DNA from: Pseudomonas sp.
Lineage (GTDB): Bacteria > Pseudomonadota > Gammaproteobacteria > Pseudomonadales > Pseudomonadaceae
Direction: 5' to 3'
Length of the DNA stretch: 46,555 nucleotides
NCBI GenBank assembly: GCA_007117785.1
Contig: SKFV01000142.1
Location: 1-46,555 of the forward strand
This document shows positions 44,606-46,555 of the stretch, one piece after another; position 1 is the stretch's first letter; every line of letters begins with the position of its first letter. The position numbers and the translations under genes are program-made. The notes beneath the pieces were generated by a model that searched no databases, was not told the DNA's origin, and was given only the letters and a program-made list of their open reading frames with translations.

Positions 44606-45328
44606 TCAGCGCATCCAGCCGAAACCGGCCAGTGCATGGGACTGATCATCCAGCCCATAACCGAAAAAGCGCTGTGGCTGGCACAGGCCGCCAAGGGCAA
44701 AGGCGGCATGCATCAGACCCAGGCTGGCATTACTGATCAGTGCGTCGGTGCCGCCAGGCTGTACAGTGGTGGCATCGGCCTGCTTGATTGCCTGCTGCCA
44801 CTGCTGTTCCATTACCCACTGCTGGATCAGCTCGCGCCAGTAGGCATCGTGGGGTGGATGGTAGTCGTCGCGGCTGTGCGGCTCTGGGGTCCGATCAAGG
44901 CAGATCAGCAAGATGCCCTGGTTGCGCAGTTGTTGCAGGCTGTGCCCCAGTTTGCGGTAGGCCTGGGCCGAGAGTCCGGTGTTGAGTTGCAGCTCGATGC
45001 AGGTTCCGGGTGGCTGTCTGAACAGCTGTCGCTGCAACTGCTGAATGCGTGGGCTGAGTTGCTTGCTCAGTGTACTGCTCTGGCCCTGTTGGGCGAGCAA
45101 CTGTTGCATCTGGTTGACCAGTTCGCTGGCCACCGAACAGGCCAGCTGGGGGCTGGCCAGGTCGGGTTGCAGGGTAATAAAGACAATGCCCTGCGGTGGC
45201 AGGCGGGTGTCGAGCAGACGGTCAAGCAGGGGTGTACCCGCACTGTTGCTGGGCAGCTGCTCAGCGCAGGACAGGTAGAGCGCCGGTAATGGGCGCTGAC
45301 TGACGGCGGTTTGACTGTCTGCTGACAT
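44606..45328 (-). CDS. Degenerate LigB/DODA-like (class III extradiol dioxygenase fold) protein, probably non-catalytic
   Basis: LPALYLSC corresponds to the family LP.LF.SHG, and LGHSLQQLRNQGILLI to LG.AL..LR..GVLIIGSG; the His ligands are not visible. Good RBS (GAGGA), co-oriented within the operon. Confidence 0.55.
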   Translation of the reverse strand: MSADSQTAVSQRPLPALYLSCAEQLPSNSAGTPLLDRLLDTRLPPQGIVFITLQPDLASPQLACSVASELVNQMQQLLAQQGQSSTLSKQLSPRIQQLQRQLFRQPPGTCIELQLNTGLSAQAYRKLGHSLQQLRNQGILLICLDRTPEPHSRDDYHPPHDAYWRELIQQWVMEQQWQQAIKQADATTVQPGGTDALISNASLGLMHAAFALGGLCQPQRFFGYGLDDQSHALAGFGWMR

Positions 45329-45342
45329 CTGAGATCCTCTGG

Positions 45343-45534
45343 TTAGCGACCGAGTGCCTTGGCTGACTGGCCACCAATACCAAAGTGCTGCTTGGGCATC
45401 TCATTGAGAATCACCCGCACGCTTTCCAGCGGCGCGCCCAACGAGCGGGCAATCGCATCGCTGACTTCGCGGATGAGCATTTCCTTCTGCTCATCCGTGC
45501 GCCCTTCAAGGATATTGATCTGTGCAACTGGCAT
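45343..45534 (-). CDS. dmpI: 4-oxalocrotonate (2-hydroxymuconate) tautomerase
   Basis: 63 aa; mature Pro1, Arg11, Arg39 and Phe50 ([21 protein letters not shown]). Confidence 0.95.
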   Translation of the reverse strand: MPVAQINILEGRTDEQKEMLIREVSDAIARSLGAPLESVRVILNEMPKQHFGIGGQSAKALGR

Positions 45535-45544
45535 GGCGATCTCC

Positions 45545-46348
45545 TTAAATGAAGCGGCAGGTCACGCTGCCGAGACCCTGATAGCGGACGTTGATGCTGT
45601 CGCCGGCGTTCACCGTGATGGCGGCGGTGATGCCGCCGGTCATGATGAAGCTGCCTGCCGGAATGTGCTCGCCGCGCTCGGCCAGCAGATTGGCCAGCAT
45701 GGCCACGCTGGAGGCCGGATGGCCGAGTACCGCAGCACCTGCGCCCACGTCGACCACTTCACCGTTCTTTTCCACTACCACGCCGAAGTTTTTCAGGTCG
45801 ACGTCTTCCACATTGGCCATCTGGCCGCCGGTGACAAAGCGGGTGGATGAGGCGTTATCGGCCACCACGCTGATCAGGTCGAACTTGAAGTTCTCGTAGC
45901 GTGAATCAATGATCTCGACTGTGGGCACCACATAGTCGGTGGCCGCGAGGACATCACCGATATGGCAACCCGGACCTTTCAGCGGGGCCTTGGTGACGAA
46001 GGAAATTTCCGCTTCGATTTTCGGGTGGATCAGTTTGCTGGTGTCCACCACGCCGCCATCCGGCACACTGAAATAGTCAGCCAGAAAGCCGTAGATCGGC
46101 GTTTCTACGCCCATCTGCGCCATCTTGGCCCAAGAGGTCAGGCCCATCTTCAGACCGACCACCTTGTTGCCGCGGGCTTCCTTGCGGCGACGGATTTCCC
46201 ACTGGATGTCGTAGGCGTCGGCAAAGGTCATGTCCGGGTAATCATTGGTGATCTTGTGGATGTCGTGGGCTTGCAGTTCGGCATTTTCGACATGCTCGGC
46301 CAGCGCGAGCACCTGCTCGCGGTTCAACGTGCGGGTTTGTTCTTTCAT
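45545..46348 (-). CDS. dmpH: 4-oxalocrotonate (2-oxo-3-hexenedioate) decarboxylase
   Basis: [39 protein letters not shown] and GAAVLGHP motifs; lies between the aldolase and tautomerase genes. Confidence 0.93.
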   Translation of the reverse strand: MKEQTRTLNREQVLALAEHVENAELQAHDIHKITNDYPDMTFADAYDIQWEIRRRKEARGNKVVGLKMGLTSWAKMAQMGVETPIYGFLADYFSVPDGGVVDTSKLIHPKIEAEISFVTKAPLKGPGCHIGDVLAATDYVVPTVEIIDSRYENFKFDLISVVADNASSTRFVTGGQMANVEDVDLKNFGVVVEKNGEVVDVGAGAAVLGHPASSVAMLANLLAERGEHIPAGSFIMTGGITAAITVNAGDSINVRYQGLGSVTCRFI

Positions 46349-46555
46349 GCCGATTGCTCCTGTTGCTTCAAAATATCCAGCGCTACATCCACGATCATGT
46401 CTTCCTGGCCACCGACCATACGGCGCTTGCCCAACTCGACCAGAATATCGACCGTCTTCAGGCCGTATTTCTGCGCGGCCACTTCGGCATGGCGCAGGAA
46501 GCTGGAGTAGACGCCGGCATAGCCCAGCGCGAGGGTTTCACGGTCGACACGTACC
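46345..46555 (-). CDS. dmpG: 4-hydroxy-2-oxovalerate aldolase, C-terminal part (5' end outside window)
   Basis: Manual translation: [60 protein letters not shown]...; ATGA overlap with dmpH. Confidence 0.95.
   Translation of the reverse strand, partial: VRVDRETLALGYAGVYSSFLRHAEVAAQKYGLKTVDILVELGKRRMVGGQEDMIVDVALDILKQQEQSA

Overview
GC-rich gammaproteobacterial chromosome segment, most like Pseudomonadaceae by gene content and order (inference). From left to right: (1) 1-11.5 kb, agmatine/putrescine catabolism and uptake, with aguA-aguB-spuI divergent from spuABCDFGH; (2) 11.7-23.3 kb, a signalling block made of a single-domain receiver, three tandem histidine kinases with identical H-boxes (GAF/PAS; cytoplasmic AmiC/UrtA-like amide-binding domain plus PAS; membrane-bound with a FixL-like heme-PAS and 2 REC domains), and a convergent Hpt-REC-REC-degenerate GGDEF-EAL gene; two of the kinases share a colinear ~714-bp direct repeat that runs past their stop codons; (3) 23.6-32.3 kb, assorted genes: TetR with a perfect 30-bp palindrome, secreted GXWXG/DUF4334 protein, class V aminotransferase, serine hydrolase, patatin, a repeat-flanked MDR oxidoreductase, a DUF1329 protein and a membrane protein; (4) cydA-B-D-C, a Ca/Na antiporter, an octaheme cytochrome c-HEAT/TPR protein and an acyl-CoA ligase; (5) the 3' end of an aromatic meta-cleavage operon (dmpG-H-I), followed by a LigB-like protein without metal ligands, a GlcG-like protein and an HTH-only AraC protein. 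I saw no rRNA, tRNA, CRISPR array, integrase or transposase. The best candidate for an undescribed system is the three-kinase phosphorelay feeding a c-di-GMP phosphodiesterase. All family calls come from motif recognition by eye, not database searches, and identity figures are hand counts.
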